Shown: positions 26,493 through 34,769 of the stretch, piece by piece
How positions within the stretch are numbered: the stretch's first letter is position 1
Layout of the letters: every line of letters starts with the position of its first letter
Source of the DNA: Nitrospirales bacterium
Lineage (GTDB): Bacteria; Nitrospirota; Nitrospiria; Nitrospirales; NS-4
Assembly: GCA_036005325.1 (NCBI GenBank)
Contig: DASYQR010000083.1
Coordinates: 1 to 53,929 of the forward strand
DNA length: 53,929 bases
Reading direction: 5' to 3'
The notes under the pieces: model-generated
What the model saw: the letters and a program-made list of their open reading frames with translations, nothing else
Databases searched by the model: none
Told to the model about the DNA's origin: nothing
Translations under genes and position numbers: made by a program

Positions 26493-27256
26493 TTGAGGTC
26501 GGCGAGCCGCCGCTTGGCCAGCGCGGCTTCGGCTGACTGAGGGTATCGTTCGATGACCTGCTTGAGGAGATCACGCGCCTTGGCGGCATTGCCCATTTCG
26601 GCATAGGCCACACCCGCCTTCGCCAAGGCGGGGGCAACCTTGTCGCTTTTGGGATAATTGGTGATCACGTGCTCGTAGGCGTCGATCGCTTGACGGTATG
26701 CCTTTTTATTGAAGTAGGATTCCCCGATCCAATACTGGGCATGAGGCGTCAGGCTGGTGGTGGGAAATTTCTTGAGAAACTCATCGAACCCGGTGATCGC
26801 CAGGTCATAATTCCCTTTGAGATAATCATTGTAGGCTTGGTTGTAGGACGCCGTCGGGGTGAGCGCCGCGAGGGGTTCCGAGCCGCTCGACTTGGGCGGC
26901 ACACTGGCATCGGCGTCAGCTTTGGCCCCCCCTGCTTCTACCTGTCCCGGAATTTTGGTACTCTCTCGGCTACGGGGGGGTTCCGGCCGGCGAGAAGCTT
27001 CGTCCGCTTGCCGCAACAGCTCACCAAGCTTCTGATCAAATCCCTGTTGTGCGATCCTGAGTCCCTCGACTTTGGCTTCCAACGACTCCAGCTTCTTGGC
27101 CAAGTCGCCCGGCTTCGCGGCCTGCTCCATCTCCGCTTTGAGCTTCCGATTGTCTGCCTGCACCTCGCGAACCTCTGCACGTAGACCTTTGAAATCCGCT
27201 GTTGGAACGCATCCGGTCAGGAGCAGGCCGAGCGATAGAATGGCCGGTAATTTCAT
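26489..27256 (-). CDS. cpoB: Tol-Pal system protein CpoB/YbgF (lipoprotein form)
   Basis: 255 aa with the lipobox LLTGC, a short coiled coil and a C-terminal TPR/YbgF domain (YNDYLKGNYDLAITGFDEFLKKFP..., HAQYWIGESYF). Confidence 0.75.
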   Translation of the reverse strand: MKLPAILSLGLLLTGCVPTADFKGLRAEVREVQADNRKLKAEMEQAAKPGDLAKKLESLEAKVEGLRIAQQGFDQKLGELLRQADEASRRPEPPRSRESTKIPGQVEAGGAKADADASVPPKSSGSEPLAALTPTASYNQAYNDYLKGNYDLAITGFDEFLKKFPTTSLTPHAQYWIGESYFNKKAYRQAIDAYEHVITNYPKSDKVAPALAKAGVAYAEMGNAAKARDLLKQVIERYPQSAEAALAKRRLADLK

Positions 27257-28503
27257 TTCAGTGTTGCCAGCTTGGCGCGGGCCCGTTGGAAGTCTTCAGA
27301 CTCGGGATAATTCGCGATCAGCTGGCGGAGAGCGGTTTTGGCGTCCTCTTTCTTCTTCAGCTCCAAGAGGGCGACGGCTTTCCTATACAGAGCGGTGGCC
27401 GCCTTGCCGCTGTGGGGATAGCGCGTGATGACTTGCTCATACTCCGCGATGCTTCGCCCCAAGTCGCGCGTCTTAACATAGCATTCGGCTATCCAGAAAT
27501 GAGCGCTGGGAACCAGCGCCGATTGCGGGTATTGCGTCAGCAACACGCGAAACTCCGTCACCGCAGCGTCGTATCGCCCTTTCTTGTATTCGTCTTGCGC
27601 CCGATCATACATTTCCTGGGCTGACATCACCGCCTTGGGTGCAACCCGTGGTCCACTGGCGGCGGGACGGGAAGGACCATTGGGGATCGGCTGGCTTGGA
27701 CCCACCTCAGGGACGTCCGTTCGCGCGGCCTGGTCGCTCTCCGGAACCGCCGCTCCTATGCCAGGCTTGCCTTCCGTCTTGCCGGCCAACTCAGTGATTC
27801 TGCGATCTCCCGCGGCTGTTCGGTCGGCGAGGCCATGCAGGACCTTCGAGAACTCAGTCAGCGCTTCCTGGAACTGCGCTACTTGCGCAGAGAGAGTCTT
27901 CACCTGCATGTCCGTTTGTTTCGTCGTCTCTTCCAGCTTGGACAGGGATGTCGCCTGTCGATCCACTTGGTCTGACAGTTTGGTCCCGATCCCCTTGACC
28001 GTCTCGGTCACCTGGGCAAGACTTTTGCCGTTCGCCTCGTCGCGCTTCTCAAGACCGCTCAGCCGCACGGTTTGCTCTTCGAGCTTACGAGACAGCTTCT
28101 GATTGAGAGTGAAGGCCTGCGCCCTCTGATCGTCCAGCCCGCTCTGCATACCATCGAGATCGCGGCGGATGGTCTCTAGATGCCCTTGGAACGCGGAGAG
28201 GTCTTGACCCTTGATTTCATGGACCTTGGCTTCCAACTCAGCATTGCGTCGCTGTGCGATGCTCAACTCGGTCTTCGTCTGCTCCAGAAGACGTTGGAGC
28301 TTGGCCTGCTGCTGCTCAGCGTCGCGCTGGATCTTGTTGAGCTGTTCGATCTTGCTGTCTAACGTAGACCGCACCGCTTCGGTCTTCTCGGAGAGGTCCC
28401 GAGACGCGGTCCTGAGCTCCGTGCTCGTCGCGCAAGCGGTTAGGAGTATCCCCATCCCGATCAGAAGAAAACCGCGACTGCCATACGCCGGGTTCTTGCT
28501 CAT
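27253..28503 (-). CDS. Long coiled-coil lipoprotein with C-terminal YbgF/CpoB-type TPR domain
   Basis: 416 aa with the lipobox LLTAC, about 250 aa of heptad-rich sequence, and a C-terminus (YKKGRYDAAVTEFRVLLTQYP..., SAHFWIAECYV) paralogous to the next gene. Confidence 0.7.
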   Translation of the reverse strand: MSKNPAYGSRGFLLIGMGILLTACATSTELRTASRDLSEKTEAVRSTLDSKIEQLNKIQRDAEQQQAKLQRLLEQTKTELSIAQRRNAELEAKVHEIKGQDLSAFQGHLETIRRDLDGMQSGLDDQRAQAFTLNQKLSRKLEEQTVRLSGLEKRDEANGKSLAQVTETVKGIGTKLSDQVDRQATSLSKLEETTKQTDMQVKTLSAQVAQFQEALTEFSKVLHGLADRTAAGDRRITELAGKTEGKPGIGAAVPESDQAARTDVPEVGPSQPIPNGPSRPAASGPRVAPKAVMSAQEMYDRAQDEYKKGRYDAAVTEFRVLLTQYPQSALVPSAHFWIAECYVKTRDLGRSIAEYEQVITRYPHSGKAATALYRKAVALLELKKKEDAKTALRQLIANYPESEDFQRARAKLATLK

Positions 28504-29132
28504 TTTCCGCTCACACCCTCCAAGACCAGTTGCGCCCGACGATTCTTCCAGTAGCAGGACTCGTCATGTTCGTTGCAGACCGGTCGTTCTTTTCCGTAAC
28601 TGGTAACGCTCATTGGGTTCGTCACGCCGAGGCTCACCAGGAACCGCTGTGTCTCCTTCGCCCGTTTTTCCCCTAACACCAGGTTGTACTCGCGGCTTCC
28701 CCGTTCGTCGCAATGACCCTGGATGAGGAGTTTGGCCATCGGGACCTGCTTCAGCGCCTCCGCGCTCTGGGTCAAGTTCTTCTTCCCCTCGGCGCTCAAC
28801 GCCCATTTATCGAACGCGAAATAAATGTCCGCCAGTTGCTTCTGCGCCGCCTCCCGCGCCTTGCGTGCCGCGATCTCAGCCTCGTCCGCCTTGGCCACCA
28901 TCGTGGGAGGAGCTTCCACCACGCTCTTGTCTTTGGGAGTCGTCTGGGAAGAAGAAGGACCAGAACCAGAACCGGAACCCTGGGACGGCGTTTTCCCCGA
29001 GGCCGCTTCTTCCCCCGTTGTGGTGCCCGTCCCGGTTTTCTTGGCACACCCTCCCAGGACCAACATACCAACGAGACCTGCTACTACAACCAAATACAGC
29101 GACTTACTTGCTCTGCTCTTCATGGGCATCAT
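28500..29132 (-). CDS. pal: Peptidoglycan-associated lipoprotein Pal (OmpA-like)
   Basis: Lipobox VLGGC and an OmpA C-like domain (IYFAFDKWAL..., IQGHCDERGSREYNLVLGEKRA). Start placed at the MMPM cluster (29132..29121) after GAGAGGAAGG. The longer ORF-track start would overlap tolB. Confidence 0.85.
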   Translation of the reverse strand: MMPMKSRASKSLYLVVVAGLVGMLVLGGCAKKTGTGTTTGEEAASGKTPSQGSGSGSGPSSSQTTPKDKSVVEAPPTMVAKADEAEIAARKAREAAQKQLADIYFAFDKWALSAEGKKNLTQSAEALKQVPMAKLLIQGHCDERGSREYNLVLGEKRAKETQRFLVSLGVTNPMSVTSYGKERPVCNEHDESCYWKNRRAQLVLEGVSGK

Positions 29133-29205
29133 TCCCTTCCTCTCTTTTGAGTTAGCCTCAGGCCACCGCAACGATGTGTCGTGGCGCCCTCCCGCTGTCG
29201 AGCAC

Positions 29206-30534
29206 TCAGGGCAGCGACCATGCGGGATCATCATTGAATGTTCCGTTGGCTGTCAATCGCTCCAGACCAGCCCCATCGGCATTAATCATATAGATATCGC
29301 GCTTCCCGTTGCGCGTGGAACTGAAAGCCACGTGCCGACCGTCAGGCGACCAGGACGGCGACTCATCGTTGCTATTCCCCGACGTCAGTACCTGCCGCTC
29401 CTGCCCATCGGGACTGATTAAGCAGATTTTGAGGAGTCTCCGGTCGTCCCGGCAAACATAGGCGATCCAATTTCCCTTGGGTGCCCAAGCCGGGGTGCTG
29501 TTGTAGCTGCCTTCGAACGTCAGTCGGCGAACATTGGTCCCATCCGCGCTCATCAGATAGATCTGAGGTGTTCCCCCCCGATCTGACGTGAACGCAATCT
29601 CCCGCCCGGTCGGCGACCACGTGGGCGTGAGGTCGGCGGCCCTATGGTCGGTCAATCGCTCAAACCGCTTGCCGTCCTTATCAACCTTGTAGATCTCCGC
29701 ATTCCCGTCCTTCGTCGTAGCAAAGACCATTTCTTCCCCGTTAGGGGCCCATTCGGGTGTGATGTTGAGCCCCAGGAAGGACACCAAGGTCCGCCGTTTT
29801 CCGGTCATCAAATCGAGTTCCTGGATCTTGGGATCTCCGCCTTCCCGATACGTCACAAACGCGAGGCGTCGCTTGTCCGGAGACCAGGCGGGCGCCAGAT
29901 TCAAGGACTCATCAAAGGTCACTCGCCGGGCATTATACCCGTCATAATCCATGACGAACAGCTCCTTGGAACCGCTTCGTTCCGAAACAAAGGCGATCCG
30001 GCTGCGTGCGATTCCTTCTTCCCCGGTGTAATGAAAGACCAATTCATCCGCGAAGCGATGGGCCATGTACCGAATGACCTCAGGACTGCCGATAAAGCGC
30101 TTGCCGCCCACTTTCTCGCCCCGCGCGAAATCATACAGGGTTCCTTCCATGACCGCGTCTCGGCCCTGCGGAAAAATGGCACCCCACACTTGAACCTCCA
30201 GGCCCGCGTCACCCGCCTTCTGAATCGCCCCCGGGTCCGGATCGGAATTCACTGCCCCTTTAATGCCGAGTTTCTCCAGGTCGGCGACCTCGAACAGGAG
30301 CGAGCGGCGGAGGTCAGCCTTCAGAACCTCCGTCGGAGCCTGCCCGTTCAAGGCCAGGCCCTGTTTGAATGGGTAGACCGCAATCGGGATCTTTTGGATC
30401 GCGCCGCGGTTGGCGTCAATGAACACTTCGATCGCGCCGGAGTTCACCACAACGATGGCCGGAGCCGCGAGCAACGCCCCGATCAGGAGCATGCCGACCG
30501 ACCGATGGAGCGCCAAGTTTCCAGGAACACACAT
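29206..30534 (-). CDS. tolB: Tol-Pal system beta-propeller protein TolB
   Basis: 442 aa with a TolB N-domain and repeated P.WSPDG-type propeller blades. Confidence 0.9.
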   Translation of the reverse strand: MCVPGNLALHRSVGMLLIGALLAAPAIVVVNSGAIEVFIDANRGAIQKIPIAVYPFKQGLALNGQAPTEVLKADLRRSLLFEVADLEKLGIKGAVNSDPDPGAIQKAGDAGLEVQVWGAIFPQGRDAVMEGTLYDFARGEKVGGKRFIGSPEVIRYMAHRFADELVFHYTGEEGIARSRIAFVSERSGSKELFVMDYDGYNARRVTFDESLNLAPAWSPDKRRLAFVTYREGGDPKIQELDLMTGKRRTLVSFLGLNITPEWAPNGEEMVFATTKDGNAEIYKVDKDGKRFERLTDHRAADLTPTWSPTGREIAFTSDRGGTPQIYLMSADGTNVRRLTFEGSYNSTPAWAPKGNWIAYVCRDDRRLLKICLISPDGQERQVLTSGNSNDESPSWSPDGRHVAFSSTRNGKRDIYMINADGAGLERLTANGTFNDDPAWSLP

Positions 30535-30541
30535 CGCTTGG

Positions 30542-31477
30542 CTAGGAATCCTTTTTCTTTAAATAGGTAAAACTGGTGATGGCCACAAACGGTTCCCCTT
30601 TCATGTCATCGGGAAGCGGGGGGACGCGTCTGAGTTCCATCAACAAGCTCTGCACCGCGCGGTCATACGATTCATTCCCCGACGATTTGTCTAGGCGTAT
30701 ACTCCGGATCTCTCCGTTCGGTTGGATGACGATCTGAATCGTCGCCGTCGAATTCCCCGCGCTCTCGAGGATACGCCGAAGGGCGGGATCGGTATCGGCG
30801 TTCCAGACCCGGTTGATCGCTGCTTCCAGGAGCGGGCAATAGGCCCGCGCCTTCGGAGGGCATCGCTCCAGCGCGGCAGGACGGGGTGCCGCAGCCGCCC
30901 CTGGAGAAACAAGCGCCATGGCCGGCCTGGACTCCTGCGGGGGCGCGCCCGGAGCCGGCAGCTGCCCCAACAATTTATTGATCTCGTCGGACGTTTGCGA
31001 CTTGGGAGGCGGGACCGTCGGCGGAACGGCCGGCTTGGTCTCCTCAACCATCGCAGGTTTCTTGAGCATCTCTTCCGCTTTGCGGAGGGCTGCGGCAAGA
31101 TCCGGCCGAGCCTCCGGTTCCTTCGGCACAGGCCGCGGAGGTTCAGCTTTCGCCACGAGCGATGGCTTCTGCGCGGACGGAGAAGCCGGCGTGATGTGCT
31201 TCGGGATGGGTACCTCCTGGATTCGCTTCTGCTGCGGTTCCGGCCGACGCGCCTGTACAGGGGCAGCCTGAGGAATCGAAGCGACGGGTTCTCGTACGAC
31301 TTGAATAGACCGAGCCGGAGCCGCCGCTTTCGAAACCAGCAGCACCTGAATGGCCGATGAGCCTTGCGGCGGCATCTTCATCAGCGGCACCACGGACAAC
31401 ATCGCAACGACGACCACATGGACCGCCACCGAAACCAACGCGGTTCGGCGCATGTCATCGGGGATCCCGGCTGTCAT
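30542..31477 (-). CDS. TolA/TonB-family energy transducer
   Basis: 311 aa with an N-terminal TM anchor, a long Pro/Ala/Lys-rich spacer and a C-terminal TonB-type domain. Its position between tolR and tolB is the tolA position. Confidence 0.7.
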   Translation of the reverse strand: MTAGIPDDMRRTALVSVAVHVVVVAMLSVVPLMKMPPQGSSAIQVLLVSKAAAPARSIQVVREPVASIPQAAPVQARRPEPQQKRIQEVPIPKHITPASPSAQKPSLVAKAEPPRPVPKEPEARPDLAAALRKAEEMLKKPAMVEETKPAVPPTVPPPKSQTSDEINKLLGQLPAPGAPPQESRPAMALVSPGAAAAPRPAALERCPPKARAYCPLLEAAINRVWNADTDPALRRILESAGNSTATIQIVIQPNGEIRSIRLDKSSGNESYDRAVQSLLMELRRVPPLPDDMKGEPFVAITSFTYLKKKDS

Positions 31478-31498
31478 CGCATGCCTAAAGATTATGCC

Positions 31499-31915
31499 TT
31501 ACTTGACCCGTTCCTCAGTAATGAGCGGGTCGGTCACCATGCCGAGCTTTTCGATCCCGGCTCTTTTAATGCTGTCCATGACTTCAACGACCGTCCCATA
31601 GGGGACGGCCTGATCGGCCCGCAGGAAGACCGCAACGTCGGGGTTCTTTTGATGGAGCGCGTCCAGCTTCCGCAGGAGCAAGCCAATGGGGACCAACTCT
31701 TTATCCACGTACACGCGGCGATCCCGTTCGACCGTGAGGACCACGCGCTCCTCCGGCTTGATCGTATTGGAGGCGGACTTCGGCAGGTTGACATCCATGC
31801 CGCGATACAGCATCGGCGCCGTGACCATAAAGATCACGAGCAGCACCAGCACGACGTCCACCAACGGAATGACGTTGATCTCAGCCATGAACCGCCGCCG
31901 TCGGGCTTCAATCAT
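31499..31915 (-). CDS. tolR: TolR/ExbD biopolymer transport protein
   Basis: 138 aa with INVIPLVDVVLVLLVIFM followed by a periplasmic domain. Confidence 0.85.
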   Translation of the reverse strand: MIEARRRRFMAEINVIPLVDVVLVLLVIFMVTAPMLYRGMDVNLPKSASNTIKPEERVVLTVERDRRVYVDKELVPIGLLLRKLDALHQKNPDVAVFLRADQAVPYGTVVEVMDSIKRAGIEKLGMVTDPLITEERVK

Positions 31916-32634
31916 GGTTGCCCTGCGCTTTCCCGGATGCCCCGTATCTCCAGCGCGTTCGTCAATTCAATCGCGAACCGGTCCATGCGGAACGCCAACT
32001 GCCGCACCCGGGAGAGAAAATAATTGTACGCGATCACTGCCGGAATGGCTGTGAACAGCCCGGCGGCGGTCGCCACCAGGGCTTCGGCCACGCCGGGCGC
32101 GACGACGGCGATGCTGGCCGTGCCCTGTGCGCCGATCTGATGGAACGCATCGATGATGCCCAACACCGTGCCCAGGAGACCGATGAAGGGGGTGATGTTG
32201 CCGGTCGTGGCCAGAAACGGCAGGTACGACTCCGTTTTGGTGATCTGGTTCTGGATGGCATGCGCCAGGACCCGTTCTACATAACGCTGCGTCGGCAGTC
32301 CCGCACCACCGGTCCCCGCGCGCTCGATCGCCCGCCTGGCCTCACCGCCGCCGTTCCCTGCACCGTTGTAACAGGCCGTGACCTCCGCAAAGACCGCCGC
32401 CACACCGCTGCCCGCATGCCGACGGATATCGCGGGAGGCTTCGAGCGGATATTCGAAGCGGCCGAAGGCGTCCAGGAAGCGTTGGTCTGCAGTTTCGAGC
32501 CGGCGAAAGAACCGCCATTTGTAAAGAATCACGGTCCAGGAGCTGATGGAAAAAACGAGCAGGACCAGAAGAACGAACTTGGAAACAAGACCCAAGGAGG
32601 ACAGAAGATCAAGCAGACCCAGACGAAACAGCAT
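31912..32634 (-). CDS. tolQ: TolQ/ExbB (MotA/TolQ/ExbB proton channel)
   Basis: 240 aa with 3 TM segments and TTGNITPFIGLLGTVLGII..., GVAEALVATAAGL. Confidence 0.9.
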   Translation of the reverse strand: MLFRLGLLDLLSSLGLVSKFVLLVLLVFSISSWTVILYKWRFFRRLETADQRFLDAFGRFEYPLEASRDIRRHAGSGVAAVFAEVTACYNGAGNGGGEARRAIERAGTGGAGLPTQRYVERVLAHAIQNQITKTESYLPFLATTGNITPFIGLLGTVLGIIDAFHQIGAQGTASIAVVAPGVAEALVATAAGLFTAIPAVIAYNYFLSRVRQLAFRMDRFAIELTNALEIRGIRESAGQP

Positions 32635-32706
32635 CAGTCAGCGCAACGCCTCCTCACCTTTCCGGATTGCCTCTCCAAGCCCATCAGCCCACGGACGGGC
32701 AAAATA

Positions 32707-32785
32707 TGGCGGGGCCGACGGGATTTGAACCCGCGACTTCCAGATTGACAATCTGGCGTCCTAAACCAGGCTGAACGACGGCCCC
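32707..32785 (-). tRNA. tRNA-Asp (anticodon GTC), 3' CCA encoded
   Basis: Manual cloverleaf on the minus strand: acceptor GGGGCCG/CGGCCCC, anticodon stem CCAGA/TCTGG with loop TTGTCAA, T-arm GCGGG-TTCAAAT-CCCGT, discriminator G plus CCA. Confidence 0.9.
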
Positions 32786-32810
32786 GAAAATAACGTCGCA
32801 GATAATTTCG

Positions 32811-32887
32811 TGGTAGGCGGAACAGGGGTCGAACCTGTGACCTCTGCCTTGTAAGGGCAGCGCTCTGACCAACTGAGCTATCCGCCC
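32811..32887 (-). tRNA. tRNA-Val (anticodon TAC), 3' CCA encoded
   Basis: Manual cloverleaf: acceptor GGGCGGA/TCCGCCT, D-arm AGCTCAGTTGGTCAGAGC, anticodon stem CTGCC/GGCAG with loop CTTACAA, T-arm ACAGG-TTCGACC-CCTGT, A plus CCA; 77 nt. Confidence 0.9.
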
Positions 32888-32930
32888 AAGCAGATGCAAA
32901 TAAGCCCATATCCCTTTGGAAAACCAACCG

Positions 32931-32959
32931 ATACTAGCAAGTCCCCATCATCCTGTCAA
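32931..32959 (-). promoter_or_regulatory. Candidate sigma70 promoter of the tRNA-Val/tRNA-Asp pair
   Basis: Minus strand reads TTGACA - 17 nt - TAGTAT, about 40 nt upstream of the mature tRNA-Val 5' end. Confidence 0.55.
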
Positions 32960-32978
32960 CCACAGAGACAAGATGGAG

Positions 32979-33887
32979 TCACCCCCTCGGATGGTGGCGT
33001 TTGTGGAGTTGCTTCAAGCGCTCCCGCTCAACGTGCGTATAGATCTGAGTGGTTGAGATATTGGCATGACCCAGAAGCATCTGCACCGCGCGGAGGTCGG
33101 CTCCTCGCTCCAAGAGGTGAGTGGCGAAGGAATGCCGCAGCATGTGTGGTGAGATCGACCGTTGAATGCCGGCGACCCGCGCATAGCGCCGCAGGATTTT
33201 CCAAAACCCCTGCCGCGTCATACCGCCTCCAGAGCGAGTCACGAAGAGACGGTTTGACGTTCTGGCCTTGAGCATCTGCGGCCGCCCGCCCTCCAAGTAG
33301 CGGCGAATCTTCCGAACCGCCACGGCCCCCAGGGGCACCACGCGCTGCTTGGATCCTTTCCCCATCGTACGGAGAAAGCCGACCGGCAGATTGACGGTCT
33401 CCAGATCCAGCCTAACCAGTTCTGACACGCGGAGGCCGGTCGCATAGAGGACTTCGAGCATGGCGTCATCCCGCAGGGCTTCAGGGTGCCGGCCTTTTCG
33501 TGCCTCACCGCGTGATGGCGCATCCAATAATCGTTGAACATCGGCGAAGGCCAAGGCCTTGGGTAAGCGCCGCGACGTCTTGGGTACGGTGATATTCAGG
33601 AAGGGATCATGGCAGACCAAACCCTCGCCGAGGAGAAACCGGTAGAGTCCGCGACACGCCGCCAGGCAACGCGCGACCGAGGGAGGAGCTAAGTTCTGGC
33701 TTCGCAAGAACTCCAGCAGCCGCGGGACATCGGCACGTGCCAACAACGCCGCATTTTCATGTCCCTGCCCTTGCAGAAAAGCTTGCAGTTTGGCCAGATC
33801 ACGCCGATAGCCCTCCACCGTGTTCGCGGACAAGCCTCGTTCTGCAAGCAAGCCGGTGAGGTATCGGTCAAACAGATTCGCGCGCAC
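32979..33887 (-). CDS. xerD: Site-specific tyrosine recombinase XerD
   Basis: 302 aa with AMLEVLYATGLRVSELV, MTRQGFW, HMLRHSFATHLLERGADLRAVQMLLGHANISTTQIYTHV and a C-terminal RLKQLHKRHHPRG, all very close to the E. coli XerD pattern. Confidence 0.85.
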   Translation of the reverse strand: MRANLFDRYLTGLLAERGLSANTVEGYRRDLAKLQAFLQGQGHENAALLARADVPRLLEFLRSQNLAPPSVARCLAACRGLYRFLLGEGLVCHDPFLNITVPKTSRRLPKALAFADVQRLLDAPSRGEARKGRHPEALRDDAMLEVLYATGLRVSELVRLDLETVNLPVGFLRTMGKGSKQRVVPLGAVAVRKIRRYLEGGRPQMLKARTSNRLFVTRSGGGMTRQGFWKILRRYARVAGIQRSISPHMLRHSFATHLLERGADLRAVQMLLGHANISTTQIYTHVERERLKQLHKRHHPRG

Positions 33888-33938
33888 GCGTGTCTCCTGT
33901 CAAAGCAGGCACGCTTACCTTACGGGATTAGTAGCGAG

Positions 33939-33973
33939 AAAAAAAGGGGACGGAGCGACCTCCGTCCCCTTTT
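33939..33973 (-). terminator. Strong intrinsic terminator after the peroxiredoxin gene
   Basis: Perfect 10-bp stem GGGGACGGAG / CTCCGTCCCC with a 4-nt loop. It is followed on the minus-strand RNA by U7 (plus-strand A run 33939..33945). Confidence 0.85.
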
Positions 33974-33987
33974 ATGTGAGAAGCCCG

Positions 33988-34623
33988 TTACTTGTTGGGC
34001 TGCGGCGTGTAGCGCAGGTAGGGCTTGACCGCCTTGAAGCCCTTGGGGAAGAGCTTTTTCGCGTCCTCGTCGCTCACTGCCGGGACGACAATACAGTCCT
34101 GGCCATCCTTCCAATTGACCGGTGTCGCCACCTTGAACTTGGCCGTCAGCTGCAGAGAGTCCACGACCCGTAAGAGCTCGTCGAAATTCCGGCCGCAGGA
34201 CGCGGGATAGGTCAGCATCAGTTTGATCTTCTTGTCCGGCCCGATGACGAACACCGACCGGACCGTCATATTGTCTGCCGCGTTGGGATGGATCATATCG
34301 TAGAGCATCGCGACCTTCTTCTCCGGATCGGCAATCAAGGGAAAGCTCACCGTACAGTTCTGGGTCTCATTGATGTCCTTGGTCCATCCCTTGTGCGACT
34401 CCAGCGGGTCCACGCTGATCGCGATCACCTTGACCCCCCGTTTTTCAAACTCGCCCTTGATCTTCGCCATGTAGCCCAATTCGGTCGTGCACACGGGCGT
34501 GAAGTCCTTGGGATGTGAGAAGAGAATTCCCCAGCCGCTCCCCAGCCATTCGTGGAAGTTGATGGTCCCTTCCGTGGTCTCCGCCGTAAAGTTCGGCGCT
34601 TCATCTCCTAAACGCAGAGCCAT
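33988..34623 (-). CDS. 1-Cys peroxiredoxin (Prx6 subfamily)
   Basis: 211 aa with LGDEAPNFTAETTEG...WGILFSHPKDFTPVCTTELG. Confidence 0.9.
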   Translation of the reverse strand: MALRLGDEAPNFTAETTEGTINFHEWLGSGWGILFSHPKDFTPVCTTELGYMAKIKGEFEKRGVKVIAISVDPLESHKGWTKDINETQNCTVSFPLIADPEKKVAMLYDMIHPNAADNMTVRSVFVIGPDKKIKLMLTYPASCGRNFDELLRVVDSLQLTAKFKVATPVNWKDGQDCIVVPAVSDEDAKKLFPKGFKAVKPYLRYTPQPNK

Positions 34624-34769
34624 ATATCTCCTCCTTTCAAAATAGTCGATTGATCACGTTGGCTATCACGGATAGATATAAACATTATCTAGGCACAGGC
34701 TGAACGATTGTCAATCGAATCGTTGCTTGGCCCAACACCTTTTTTCGATCCTGTTACAATTGGGTAACG

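Noticed and set aside
29133-29234. N-terminal extension of pal overlapping tolB
   Set aside because: The extension (MMIPHGRCPECSTAGG...) precedes the real signal peptide and lipobox and overlaps the tolB 3' end. The MMPM start cluster follows a GAGAGGAAGG SD.
32707-33887. Tyrosine recombinase next to two tRNA genes as a possible integrative-element border
   Set aside because: The recombinase matches housekeeping XerD along its length, including the C-terminal RLKQLHKRHHPRG. I saw no direct repeat of either tRNA 3' end nearby. Both flanks (Tol-Pal and peroxiredoxin) are core genes of normal composition.
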